DNA of 64,000 bases from Candidatus Hydrogenedentota bacterium (lineage in GTDB: Bacteria > Hydrogenedentota > Hydrogenedentia > Hydrogenedentales > SLHB01), in the NCBI GenBank assembly GCA_963674865.2, contig CAXXYE010000009.1, positions 1,760,001 through 1,824,000 on the forward strand, given 5' to 3'. The translations under genes were made by a program, and so were the position numbers. The notes below the pieces were generated by a model. The model had not been told where the DNA came from. It saw nothing but the letters and a program-made list of their open reading frames with translations, and made no database searches. Shown piece after piece: positions 1-9,968 of the stretch; positions within the stretch are counted from its first letter, which is position 1, and every line of letters starts with the position of its first letter.

Positions 1-1017
1 CCCCGCCTCGGCGCTGAACCTTCCCAGGAAATGATCCACCAGCGCGGGGATATCATCCGGCCGCTCACTCAGCGCCGGCACCCGCAGCGAGAACACGTTG
101 AGCCGGTAATAGAAATCCTCCCGGAACCGCCCCTGCTCGATGGCTTCCCGCAGATCCCGGTTCGTCGCGGCCACGATGCGCACGTCCACCTTGATCGGCT
201 CGACGCCTCCGACGCGCTCAAATTCGCCGTCCTGGAGCACCCGCAGCAGCTTCACTTGGATGCCCGGATCGATCTCGCCAACTTCATCGAGGAAGAGCGT
301 TCCCGTGTGTGCCCGCTCAAAACGCCCCGTCCGCTGCGCCGCCGCGCCGGTAAACGCGCCCTTTTCGTGCCCGAACAGCTCGCTCTCGAGCGTTCCCGGC
401 GCCAAAGCGGCGCAATTCAGCGCTACAAACGGCTTATCCTTTCGCGGGCTCGCATCGTGGATGGCCCGCGCCACCAACTCCTTGCCCGTGCCCGTCGGCC
501 CCGTGATCAGCACCGTCCCGCGGCTCGCGCCGATCTTCCCGACCATCTTCAGCAACTGTTTCGTCTGGTCGCTTTTCCCAAGGATGTAGCGCGACCAAGC
601 CGGCGCCTTTGGCGTGCCCTCCGAGCCGCGGGCACCGTCCTTCTTTCGGACGATCTTATTAACTTTGAGCTCGATTTCCGCCAGTTTGAACGGTTTCGTG
701 ACGAAATCGTGCGCCCCCAGCCGCATCGCTTCCACGGCCACGTCGATAGTCCCATACGCCGTTACCACGATGACCTGCGTATCGGGCGAATACCCTCGGG
801 CCTCCTGCAACACCTCAAGGCCATTCTTGCCCGGCATGTTCAGGTCCGTGATGACCACGTCGAACGATTCCTTCTGGATATGCTCGATGGCTTCCAGGCC
901 ATTCGACGCCGTTGTCACGGCGAATCCACCCTCCTGGAAGGTGTCCGCAAGCATCTCGCGGATATTTGCTTTGTCATCCGCAACAAGTATCCGGTATGAA
1001 TCGCTCTTTTTCGTCAC
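1..1017 (-). CDS. NtrC-family sigma-54-dependent response regulator (REC + AAA+), 3' end runs off the window
   Basis: Reverse strand from GTG at 1017 reads [23 protein letters not shown] (receiver domain) and later [16 protein letters not shown] and FREDLYYRL. Not in the ORF track because it has no stop in the window; 31..999(+) is its antisense shadow. Confidence 0.93.
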   Translation of the reverse strand, partial: MTKKSDSYRILVADDKANIREMLADTFQEGGFAVTTASNGLEAIEHIQKESFDVVITDLNMPGKNGLEVLQEARGYSPDTQVIVVTAYGTIDVAVEAMRLGAHDFVTKPFKLAEIELKVNKIVRKKDGARGSEGTPKAPAWSRYILGKSDQTKQLLKMVGKIGASRGTVLITGPTGTGKELVARAIHDASPRKDKPFVALNCAALAPGTLESELFGHEKGAFTGAAAQRTGRFERAHTGTLFLDEVGEIDPGIQVKLLRVLQDGEFERVGGVEPIKVDVRIVAATNRDLREAIEQGRFREDFYYRLNVFSLRVPALSERPDDIPALVDHFLGRFSAEAG

Positions 1018-1097
1018 ACTCACCTGCCGTCTTGTTCGGCCGGACGTAGGCCGAAAACGCTTATCCTCTGCCCATGCAAGCCGGAACGCCCTCGCGT

Positions 1098-1442
1098 TCA
1101 CTCCCCGAAAAGCTTGTCAAAGTCCTCACGTCCCCCCTTCTTCGCCGGGCCTGTCCCGCCGCCGAAAAGCCCCTCAAACGCATCCCGCGCATCGCCACGT
1201 CCATCGTCCTGCCCGGGGGCCTCCGTGTCCACGAACTCGAACTCATCGCAAAAATTCGCCCCTGCCCGATCGCCCACCCAATCGGTTGTCGGAATATGGC
1301 ATTTGTTGTGCGCACGTTCATCATAGTGACGGCAATTCAGGCAGCAGTGCAGGTAGGCCGTGCATCCCTCGCAAAACTCCTTGACGCCCGGCACCCGCTT
1401 TCCGCCGGCCCATTCTTGTCCGCACTTGTGACAACGCTTCAT
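1098..1442 (-). CDS. Small cysteine-rich (zinc-ribbon-like) hypothetical protein
   Basis: MKRCHKCG...FCEGC...[10 protein letters not shown]...KC...ANFCDEF, acidic C-terminus. ATG at 1442 chosen within ORF 1098..1472; co-oriented with the NtrC gene. Confidence 0.75.
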   Translation of the reverse strand: MKRCHKCGQEWAGGKRVPGVKEFCEGCTAYLHCCLNCRHYDERAHNKCHIPTTDWVGDRAGANFCDEFEFVDTEAPGQDDGRGDARDAFEGLFGGGTGPAKKGGREDFDKLFGE

Positions 1443-1565
1443 CGCCCCAAAACCTTCCTGTTCCCGACGCAACTCCGGATGTACTTCCCCGGCGCAACTA
1501 GACTATGCGCCCGGATACAGCCGTTTCAACCCCCGCTGTCCTCGCGCTCCACCCTCCAGTACCGT

Positions 1566-1587
1566 GAGGGTCACGCTCCCGCGTGAC
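1566..1587. repeat. Single copy of the AGGGTCACGCTCCYGCGTGAC palindromic REP-like element
   Basis: Same hairpin recurs five times at 36.3-37.0 kb and three times at 48.6-48.8 kb. Confidence 0.8.
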
Positions 1588-1649
1588 GCAGTCCGAGACG
1601 CATTTGAGGTCGGGCTTCAGCCTGAAGAGGCGCGGCCTTGGCACGGCAC

Positions 1650-2341
1650 GCCCCGAAGGGGCGGTCGCATATAGCCGTGGGTGAGCTGAGCGAACCAAGG
1701 GAACCCGTGCCCTGTCCATCAAGAGCCCCAAACGGGGCGCTCGCATATAGCCGTAGGTGAGCGAGGCCATCCCTCACACACGAGATCTCAACGATCCCTC
1801 GCCCCGAAAGGGCGTCCGCATATAGCCGCGGGTGAGCGAAGCGAACCAAGGGAACCCGTGCCCTGTCCATCAAGAGCCCCAAACGGGGCGCTCGCATATA
1901 GCCGTAGGTGAGCGAGGCCATCCCTCACACACGAGATCTCAACGATCCCTCGCCCCGAAGGGGCGGTCGCATATAGCCGTGGGTGAGCTGAGCGAACCAA
2001 GGGAACCCGTGCCCTGTCCATCAAGAGCCCCAAACGGGGCGCTCGCATATAGCCGTAGGTGAGCGAGGCCATCCCTCACACACGAGATCTCAACGATCCC
2101 TCGCCCCGAAAGGGCGTCCGCATATAGCCGCGGGTGAGCGAAGCGAACCAAGGGAACCCGTGCCCTGTCCATCAAGAGCCCCAAACGGGGCGCTCGCATA
2201 TAGCCGTAGGTGAGCGAGGCCATCCCTCGCACACGAGATCTCAACGATCCCTCGCCCCGAAGGGGCGTCCGCATGTAGCCGTGGGTGAGCGAAGCGAACC
2301 CACGGACACAGGACCCCAACAATCCGTAGCCCCGAAGGGGT
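1650..2341. repeat. Tandem array of 151-bp REP/BIME-like units (about 4.5 copies, alternating A/B variants)
   Basis: Unit starts GCCCCGAA at 1650, 1801, 1952, 2103, 2254. Each unit has GCCCC-loop-GGGGC-type hairpins and two TAGCCGYRGGTGAGC motifs. Confidence 0.95.
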
Positions 2342-2470
2342 GATAGCACATATCTCAGTGTGAGCGCTGCCCCCTGGACACGGCGCCTCCCCCGCACCAT
2401 CGCACACGGGCCATCCACCACGCCCCGTCGGGGCAAGACACACCATCCCCGCGCAACGCTCCGCGATACC

Positions 2471-4303
2471 TTATCCCCCCGCGGATTCCCCGTATTGCGG
2501 CCCCGGAGAAGGCGCCGCCGCCCGACGCGTGCTGGACGCGCCTGCGGGATGCCGTACACCCGCGCACGTCGGTATGCCATCGCGGCGCATCTGCTCGCCC
2601 ACATGCAGGACGAAATTCGCCGCGCGGCCCACGACGCCCTCGCGCCGTGGTATCCGCTGCAAAGGCCGCCGAAGATGGGGCCGCGCGCGGCAATACGCCC
2701 GGATCGCCTCGATGGCATAACCTGTCCGGGCGACGCATGCCTCAAACTCCTCGCGGCATCGGACTTTGGCTTCCTCCAAAACCATCTGCACGCGGCTGTA
2801 CGCGTTTGTCTCCCCCTCGACGGCCGTCTCCACGGGGAGGTAGATGATGTCCGGATAGTCGGCCGCGACGGCGGCTTGCGCCCCGTCGGATTGCGTCGAG
2901 GGCAGGCATCCGAACGGCTTGAGGCCGAGGACCATGTGGGCCAGGCGACGCTGCGTGTAGTAGATGGTTTCCCCGATTTCCATGTACGCGTCGCCGCCTT
3001 GGGCGCGGCTATCGTAATACGGTGCGCTCAGGCGGCGCAGCTCCGCTTGGGAGGGACGCGCCAACTCGACGCCCCCAAGGGCACTGTGGAGTCGCTTCTG
3101 CTCACGCCGGAAGAGTGCCCGGGCGAACCGGATGCGCATGTACGACTTCCAATGCGCGAAGGCCGCGGGGATGCTGTATCGATCGCCGTTGCATCTTGCG
3201 AGCCGGCGTTCCAGAATCAGGCGCGACAGCCCCTGCTCGAGCAGAAAATGCGCCCACGTCATCGTCGGCTCGACAAGCGCCTCCGCCCCCTCCGATTCCA
3301 GGAAGGCGAACATGTTGAAATTACCGTCGCCGTCGGTGCGCTGCGCCCAGAACTCGCCCGCGATCTTGCAGACGGGCTTCGGCTGCGTGTAATCGACCTC
3401 GACCTCCTCATTAATGAGCCGCGCGCTGTCCCGCAGGACGTCCACGTACCGCTCCTTCAAGACCTGCCCGAGGAGCAGGCGCAACTCGTCGATCCGCGCC
3501 CCCGGTAGGACGGCGTCAAGGAGGCTTCCTGCGCGGCTGCACCGAAGACGGGGGAGAAGCTCCGTGCGCATGGCGTCCGCCACGCGTTCCTGAACCTCGG
3601 CGAAAACGTGATCCGTCGCCCCTGGCCGCGTTTCATACGGCCGGACGTGGTACAGCGCATCGTTGAGCAAGTCCCCTAGCAGGGCGGCATTCGCGAAGGC
3701 AAGGACGAAGCGCAAATTGATTTCTAAGCCGGCGTCATGACAGCCGTCGAGGTCCGCCGTCTGTTGGAAGATGAGTACGCGAAAGCCGTCAAACCCGGCA
3801 TTCCGCAGCGCGAGACGATACTCCGATTCATACATCCCGAAGCGGCACGGCCCGCACGAACCGGCCGTGACGAAGGCGTAATCATTTACGATCTCTTCAG
3901 TCGGAATCCCTTCCCGATCGCGGAGATCTATCAGGAAGTTGAGCAGCGCGCCAATGGTGAAATAGGCGGGATTGCACATGCCGTAGTTGCAGAATTCCCG
4001 CCCTCGGTGGCAGTCCGCCTTCGTCGGCGTCGGCAATCCCTTGGTGCGGTAGCCGAGGGGGGCCATAGCCGCTTCGATGAGGGCCTGGTACACACGCGGT
4101 AATCCGCCGAACAGCAGCGTCACACGTTCCCGCTCGCGGCGGGTGAAGGGCCGCTCGTACGGACGCCGGGCATGGCCTTCAGGCGAACACCGTGGCGCAT
4201 CCCTCAGAGACACCCGCTTTCCCTCCGCTTTGGACGCCCGCCGCCAAGACGCCGACGCGCGGCACGCCTGTCGCGAACTCGGTATGGTGGTGAATGATGA
4301 CAA
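2471..4303 (-). CDS. 2-hydroxyacyl-CoA dehydratase / CoA-activase-associated family Fe-S protein
   Basis: Motifs CNYGMCNPAYFTIG, TAGSCGPCRFGMYESEY, GEFWAQ, LKPFGCLPSTQSDG. True start may be downstream (near 4213). Confidence 0.78.
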   Translation of the reverse strand: MSSFTTIPSSRQACRASASWRRASKAEGKRVSLRDAPRCSPEGHARRPYERPFTRRERERVTLLFGGLPRVYQALIEAAMAPLGYRTKGLPTPTKADCHRGREFCNYGMCNPAYFTIGALLNFLIDLRDREGIPTEEIVNDYAFVTAGSCGPCRFGMYESEYRLALRNAGFDGFRVLIFQQTADLDGCHDAGLEINLRFVLAFANAALLGDLLNDALYHVRPYETRPGATDHVFAEVQERVADAMRTELLPRLRCSRAGSLLDAVLPGARIDELRLLLGQVLKERYVDVLRDSARLINEEVEVDYTQPKPVCKIAGEFWAQRTDGDGNFNMFAFLESEGAEALVEPTMTWAHFLLEQGLSRLILERRLARCNGDRYSIPAAFAHWKSYMRIRFARALFRREQKRLHSALGGVELARPSQAELRRLSAPYYDSRAQGGDAYMEIGETIYYTQRRLAHMVLGLKPFGCLPSTQSDGAQAAVAADYPDIIYLPVETAVEGETNAYSRVQMVLEEAKVRCREEFEACVARTGYAIEAIRAYCRARPHLRRPLQRIPRREGVVGRAANFVLHVGEQMRRDGIPTCAGVRHPAGASSTRRAAAPSPGPQYGESAGG

Positions 4304-4698
4304 CTACGCTCGGCCCCGTCCGTGCATTCCACTCGGGCCGAAAGATGGGCCGCAGCCCCTAAACACGCAATAAGCTACCATAGAGGCAGCCATGTTGACA
4401 AAGCGCGGCTTTGGTGATCTCGAACCCCCGGCACAGTCTGCGAAACGTTGGAGTGGTGCTGAGGCAATGGCGAGATTCCCAGGATCCAGACCCCACAAGG
4501 GCCCCTTCTCGCTCTGGGGTGCGCGTCTTCCGAGTCGTGGCCCGTCAGGAGCGAGAAATACCTGCGTGAGCGTTCTTGTTGCATTTGTAAGGTGGGAACT
4601 TATAGCTTATCTGCACCAAGCGTTACCGAGTCAGAAGGAGATTGTGCCTTGCTTCCACAAGATGCCGTTTCTTTGGCGGCGAGGCCGGGGCATCAGCG

Positions 4699-5745
4699 AT
4701 GAAGAAGCTCATCCCGGGCGTGATTCTTGTTGTCTGCATTGGAGCCGTCGTGGCCGCTGCCTGGCGGTTTCGCCAGGCGGGCGACGCGGCCCAGGATCAT
4801 CTCACGTTGCACGGCAACGTGGAGATCCGGGAAGTCCAACTCGCCTTCAGGGCGGCCGATCGGATCGCGGCCATGAACGTGGAAGAAGGGGACAGCGTCC
4901 AGCAAGGACAACTGCTCGCTAAGCTGGAGACGGATCGGCTGGAGCATGCGGTGGCGCAGGCCGAGGCGCAAGTAGCCGCACAGAAGGCCGTGGTTTCGCG
5001 GCTCGAGAGCGGGACGCGCGCCGAGGAAATAGAGCAGGCCCGGGCGGAAGTCGCCGCGGCCGAAGCCGAAGCCGTTAACCAGCGGCGCATCTATATCCGT
5101 CTGCGCGATCTCAAGAAGGAGAATTCGACGTCCCAACTGGCCGCCGATAATGCCGAGGCGGCGGCGAATGTGGCGCAATCCAAACTCGAGGCGGCCCGAC
5201 AGGCACTGCGGCTGGCCGTGGCCGGCCCGCGGAAAGAGGATATCACGGCCGCAAAGGCGACCTTGAGCGCCTATGAAGCCCAACTCGCGCTTGCGCGGCA
5301 GAACCTCGCCGACGCCGTCCTAAAGGCGCCGTCCTCCGGCGTCATTCGGAACCGGATTCTCGAGTCCGGCGACATGGCTTCGCCGGGCACGCCCGTCTAT
5401 ACGTTGGCCTTGACGGACCCCGTCTGGGCGCGGGCCTACATCGATGAGCCGGACCTGGGAAAGGTACGCCCGGGAATGACGGCGCAAGTCACGACGGACA
5501 GCTATCCCGGCAAGGAGTACGCTGGCTGGGTTGGCCACATCTCGCCCACCGCCGAGTTCACCCCCAAGTCCGTCGAGACGAGCGCACTGCGCACGCAGCT
5601 CGTCTACCAGGTGCGAGTCTACGTCAAGAATGACACGGGGGAACTTCGCTTGGGAATGCCCGCCACGGTAACCATTCCGCTCGACCAACCCGCTCCTCAA
5701 AGAGAAGCCGGATCGGAGGGGGTATCCGGACAAGAGCCTTCCTGA
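4699..5745 (+). CDS. ybhG: HlyD-family membrane fusion protein (YbhG-like)
   Basis: N-terminal TM MKKLIPGVILVV, LHGNVEIREVQLAF, coiled coil, ISPTAEFTPKSVET; first gene of a four-gene operon. Confidence 0.9.
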   Translation: MKKLIPGVILVVCIGAVVAAAWRFRQAGDAAQDHLTLHGNVEIREVQLAFRAADRIAAMNVEEGDSVQQGQLLAKLETDRLEHAVAQAEAQVAAQKAVVSRLESGTRAEEIEQARAEVAAAEAEAVNQRRIYIRLRDLKKENSTSQLAADNAEAAANVAQSKLEAARQALRLAVAGPRKEDITAAKATLSAYEAQLALARQNLADAVLKAPSSGVIRNRILESGDMASPGTPVYTLALTDPVWARAYIDEPDLGKVRPGMTAQVTTDSYPGKEYAGWVGHISPTAEFTPKSVETSALRTQLVYQVRVYVKNDTGELRLGMPATVTIPLDQPAPQREAGSEGVSGQEPS

Positions 5746-7549
5746 TGACGCCCTCATCGGAAGACGCATCGGGCGCGGCGCTCCCCGCCGCCGCAAGCGA
5801 TGGGGCGGCCCTTCTCTTCAAGAAGGTGAGCAAGACCTTCGGCAAGGGAGAACGGAAGGCGGCCGCGCTTCGCGAAGTCTCTTTCCAAGCACGTCCGAAA
5901 TGCATCACGGGCCTTGTCGGGCCCGATGGCGCCGGAAAGACCACCCTCATGCGGTTGGCGGCCGGGCTGCTCTCGCCCGACTCGGGCCGCATTGAAGCCC
6001 TCGGCATCGACGTGGTGAGCGAGCCGCTCGCCGTGCAGGCAACCATCGGATACATGCCGCAGCGCTTCGGACTCTATGAAGACCTGACAGTCAAGGAAAA
6101 CCTGGACCTCTACGCCGATCTACAGGGCGTCGTTAAGGCGGCTCGGCCTTCTCGATACGAAGAATTGATGCACATGACGGGCCTCGCCCCATTCATGGCG
6201 CGCCTGGCGGGGCGTCTTTCCGGCGGCATGAAGCAGAAACTCGGCCTGGCCTGCACGCTCGTGCGGCCCCCTCGACTACTTCTCCTAGACGAACCCACCG
6301 TGGGTGTCGACCCGGTGTCGCGCCGCGAACTGTGGGCGATTGTGGTGCATCTCGTTGACGAAGAAGGCATGAGCGTATTGCTCAGCACCGCCTACCTCGA
6401 CGAGGTGGAGCGTTGTGAGAATGTCGTCTTGTTGCACGAGGGCGAGGTGCTCGGGCAGGCGCCGCCCGGCGACTTCACCAAGCCCCTCCAGGGCCGTACC
6501 TACGCCGTCACCGCGCCGGATATGAAGAAGCGCGCCGTGCAGGAACGCCTCGCTCGGGCGGAGGGCGTGCTCGACGCTGTGATCCACGGAGACACCGTCC
6601 GCCTGGTAATGAAAGACGCGGAGGCGCCGGTGCTGCGCGACCTGCTGCCCGATGTCGATGGCGCCAAGGCCGTCGCCGTCGAACCACGATTCGAAGACGG
6701 CTACATCACCTCGCTGCAAAAGAGCATCGAGCCGAAAGAACACCCCGCCTCCACACCTTCGGCCTCTCCAAGAAACCTGAGCGGAGATGAGGACAAGGTT
6801 ATCGAAGTTCGGGACGTGCAGCGCAGATTCGGCGACTTCTACGCCGTCAAGGGCATTTCCTTCGAGGTGCGAACGGGCGAAGTCTTCGGTTTGCTCGGCG
6901 CCAACGGGGCCGGAAAATCAACCACCTTTCGCATGCTTTGCGGCCTCCTTCCCGCAGCGCCGGATCGCTACGAGTCGCCGGCATGGACCTCCGACGGGCG
7001 GCCGCCGCGACACGGGCGCGGATTGGCTACATGTCGCAAAAGTTTTCCCTCTACGGAAACCTGAGTGTGTATCAGAACCTGCTCTTCTTCAGCAGTGCCT
7101 ACGGACTTAAGCGCGGCCGCCGCGCCGAACGACTCGAGTGGGCGGAGGAACAATTCCAACTGGCCGGCTTCGCGGACGCAACCAGTAGTGAGCTGCCCTT
7201 GGGCTACAAGCAGCGGCTGGCCCTTGCGTGCGCCCTCATGCACGAACCAGAGATTCTGTTCCTCGATGAACCGACTTCCGGTGTCGACCCGGTTGCGCGC
7301 CGGGAATTCTGGAGCCATATCAACGCCTTCGCCCAGAGCGGCGTCACCGTCTTGGTGACGACCCATTTCATGGAAGAGGCCGAATACTGCGACCGCCTGG
7401 CCATCATGGCCGCGGGCGAAGTCCTCGCGTTGGGCTCGCCCGCGGAGATTAAGGCCGACGCGAAATCGGGCGAATGCCCTGCACCCACCATGGAGGAGGC
7501 GTTCATCGGCCTCATCGAACGCCATGATGCAGGGAGCGGGCAGCCATGA
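5745..7549 (+). pseudogene. ybhF: Dual-ATPase ABC subunit (YbhF-like), frameshifted near 6955
   Basis: First NBD complete (GPDGAGKT, LSGGMKQ, LLLDEPT). The second Walker A (GANGAGKS) is in ORF 5745..7064, but the rest of NBD2 (LPLGYKQR, LFLDEPTSG) is in ORF 6938..7549. Confidence 0.85.
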
Positions 7550-8688
7550 ACGCGCGGCGCGAGAGGCGCGGCGGCGGGGCGATGCGACTGCGGGGACTCG
7601 TGCGCAAGGAGTTCCAGCAGGTGTTGCGCGATCCGAGCAGCATCGCCATTGCATTCTTGATGCCCGTCATCCTCTTACTGCTTTTCGGATATGGCGTGTC
7701 CCTCGACGCCAAACACGTCCCGATTGCCATCGTCATGGAACTGCCCGATGCCACGACCGCGAGCTTCGCCGGCGTCTTCCGAGAATCCAAGTATTTCGAG
7801 CCCGTGACGCTGTTCGATATGCGAGAAGCCGAGGCCGCGCTGATGGAGCGCCGTGTAGACGCCATCATCCGCTTGCGCTCCGATTTCACCGAGCGCCTGC
7901 AATCGAGCGGCGATGCGCCGGTGCAACTCCTTCTCAACGGCGTGGACGCCAACACGGCCCGCATCATTTCCGGCTACGTGGAGGGAGCCGTGGCCACGTG
8001 GCTCCAGCACTTGGCCATCGAACGGCATTCGCCCATCAGTATCCCCGTGCAGATGGAGCAGCGCGTGTGGTTCAACGCGGAAGTGCGCAGCCGCAATTAC
8101 CTCGTTCCCGGATTGATCGCCGTGATCATGACCTTGATAGGCGCGCTCTTGACGGCCATGGTTGTCGCCCGGGAATGGGAGCGCGGAACGATGGAGGCGT
8201 TGATGGTGACGCCCGTGGCCATGCGGGAGATCATCCTCGGCAAGGTGATTCCGTACTTCATTCTGGGCATGGGCGGTATGGCGCTTTCCGTAACCATGGC
8301 CGTCTGGGTGTTCGGCGTTCCGCTTCGCGGTTCGCTCCTCGTCCTATTCGCCGCCGCTTCCCTGTTTCTGGTGGTGGCCCTCGGCATGGGCCTGCTCATT
8401 TCGATCCTGGCAAAGAACCAGTTCGTGGCGGGCCAGGCCGCCATCATCGTCACCTTCCTTCCCGCCTTTCTTCTCTCCGGATTCATCTTCGATATCGACA
8501 GCATGCCGAAAGCGGTGCAGTTCATCACCCACGTGATTGCGGCGCGCTACTTCGTGGCCATCCTGCAAACAATCTTTCTCGCGGGCGACGTCTGGAGCGT
8601 AATCCTGCCGAACGCCTTCGCCTTGGTTGTGATGGCCGTCATCCTTCTTGGATTGAGCCGGCGCATGGCGCGAAAGAAACTGGAGTGA
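7546..8688 (+). CDS. ybhS: ABC-2 type permease (YbhS-like)
   Basis: KEFQQVLRDPSS, VAREWERGTMEAL, multiple TM helices; overlaps the upstream stop. Confidence 0.9.
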   Translation: MNARRERRGGGAMRLRGLVRKEFQQVLRDPSSIAIAFLMPVILLLLFGYGVSLDAKHVPIAIVMELPDATTASFAGVFRESKYFEPVTLFDMREAEAALMERRVDAIIRLRSDFTERLQSSGDAPVQLLLNGVDANTARIISGYVEGAVATWLQHLAIERHSPISIPVQMEQRVWFNAEVRSRNYLVPGLIAVIMTLIGALLTAMVVAREWERGTMEALMVTPVAMREIILGKVIPYFILGMGGMALSVTMAVWVFGVPLRGSLLVLFAAASLFLVVALGMGLLISILAKNQFVAGQAAIIVTFLPAFLLSGFIFDIDSMPKAVQFITHVIAARYFVAILQTIFLAGDVWSVILPNAFALVVMAVILLGLSRRMARKKLE

Positions 8689-8694
8689 CGCCGG

Positions 8695-9804
8695 ATGTTG
8701 AGGCGAATCGCAGCCTTGGTTAAGAAAGAGTTCTTGAGCCTCTTCAAGGACAAGAAGAGCCGCGTTGTGGTGGTGGTTCCGCCCATCGTCCAGTTGCTCG
8801 TGTTCGGCTATGCGGCCACGTACGACCTGACGGACGTTCCCTTTGTTGTCTACAACGAAGACACGGGTGGGGCGTCCCGCGAACTGATCGCCGGATTCAA
8901 CGGCTCCCCTCACTTCCGCGAAGTGGCCCGCATCGACCATGAGGGGCAGATCGCCTCCCTCGTCGACTCCAAGGACGCGCTTCTCGTGCTGCATATCGCA
9001 CCGCGATTCAGCGCCGATCTGCTGCGTGGCCGGACAGGCGCACTCCAGGTTATCGTCGATGGGCGGAACTCCAACACGGCACTCATCGCCATGAATTACG
9101 TGCGCACCATCGTGAGCCGGTTCAACCGGACCTGGGCGGAACGCCATGGCTGGGCGCCTCCTCCCGCCGGCGTTGAAGTGCGCGCATGGTTCAATCCGAA
9201 CCTCGAAAGCCGCTGGTTCGTCGTGCCCGGCATTGTCGGCCTGCTCACGCTCGTCGTTACCATGCTCGTGACGGCGCTGTCCATTGCCCGCGAACGCGAA
9301 CAAGGCACCTTCGACCAACTCCTAGTCGCCCCCTACCGCCCCTTCGAGATCCTGGTGGGCAAGGCGCTCCCCGGACTCATCATCGGAATGGGGGAGGCCT
9401 CGCTGATCATCTTCATGGCCGTATTCTGGTTTCGCATTCCCCTGCTCGGCAGCCTGCTCACGCTCTACGCCGGACTCGCCTTGTTTCTACTGTCGGCCAT
9501 CGGCGTAGGACTCATGATCTCGTCCCTCGCCGTCACCCAACAACAAGGCTTACTGGGCGCGTTTCTCTTCCTGGTGCCCTCCGTGATCCTCTCAGGCTTC
9601 ACGACGCCCATCGCCAACATGCCCGAGCCCGTCCAATGGCTCACGCTCGTGAATCCGCTCCGCTACTTCATGGTGATTCTACGCGGCGTCTTCCTTCAGG
9701 GCGCACCATTCCGCCTCATGCTCAATCAGTTCTGGCCCATGGCCCTCATCGGCGTCGTCAACCTCACCGCCGCCAACTGGCTCTCGCGCCATCGGATGTA
9801 CTGA
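8695..9804 (+). CDS. ybhR: ABC-2 type permease (YbhR-like)
   Basis: DGRNSNTA, AWFNPNLES, AREREQGTFDQLLV, LSGFTTPIANMP. Confidence 0.9.
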   Translation: MLRRIAALVKKEFLSLFKDKKSRVVVVVPPIVQLLVFGYAATYDLTDVPFVVYNEDTGGASRELIAGFNGSPHFREVARIDHEGQIASLVDSKDALLVLHIAPRFSADLLRGRTGALQVIVDGRNSNTALIAMNYVRTIVSRFNRTWAERHGWAPPPAGVEVRAWFNPNLESRWFVVPGIVGLLTLVVTMLVTALSIAREREQGTFDQLLVAPYRPFEILVGKALPGLIIGMGEASLIIFMAVFWFRIPLLGSLLTLYAGLALFLLSAIGVGLMISSLAVTQQQGLLGAFLFLVPSVILSGFTTPIANMPEPVQWLTLVNPLRYFMVILRGVFLQGAPFRLMLNQFWPMALIGVVNLTAANWLSRHRMY

Positions 9805-9886
9805 CGAGCGCCCCGCACACAGTGCTTTGAAACGACCGCGTCCCTTGACGCCCATTTAAGAAACCGGTGAAGTCCTCGTCTTCGCT

Positions 9887-9928
9887 GGCCCGCCCTTTTC
9901 TCACAGCCGCAAGTGAAAAAAGCGGGCC
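9887..9928. terminator. Imperfect inverted repeat between convergent genes, possible bidirectional terminator
   Basis: GGCCCGCCCTTTTCTCAC ... GTGAAAAAAGCGGGCC. Confidence 0.4.
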
Positions 9929-9968
9929 GAAGACAACTTTGCGTGAGACATTCGGAGTAGATTGCTCG

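Noticed and set aside
31..999. 322-aa plus-strand ORF, and similar long antisense ORFs such as 23328..24107, 60845..61297 and 42069..43376
   Set aside because: Antisense shadows of clearly recognisable genes on the opposite strand, common in high-GC DNA.
1650..2341. Possible CRISPR array (also considered for 36318..37043 and 48590..48787)
   Set aside because: The sequence between palindromes is itself repeated rather than unique spacers, unit lengths are mostly too long, and no cas genes are present.
1498..2745. Repetitive ORFs over the tandem arrays (also 36187..37209 and 36282..37151)
   Set aside because: They are translations of non-coding repeats; the 151-bp unit is not a multiple of three and the same peptide appears in several frames.
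4304..4698. Structured RNA in the ~400-bp divergent intergenic region
   Set aside because: No riboswitch or ncRNA consensus recognisable by eye; an Rfam scan would be needed.
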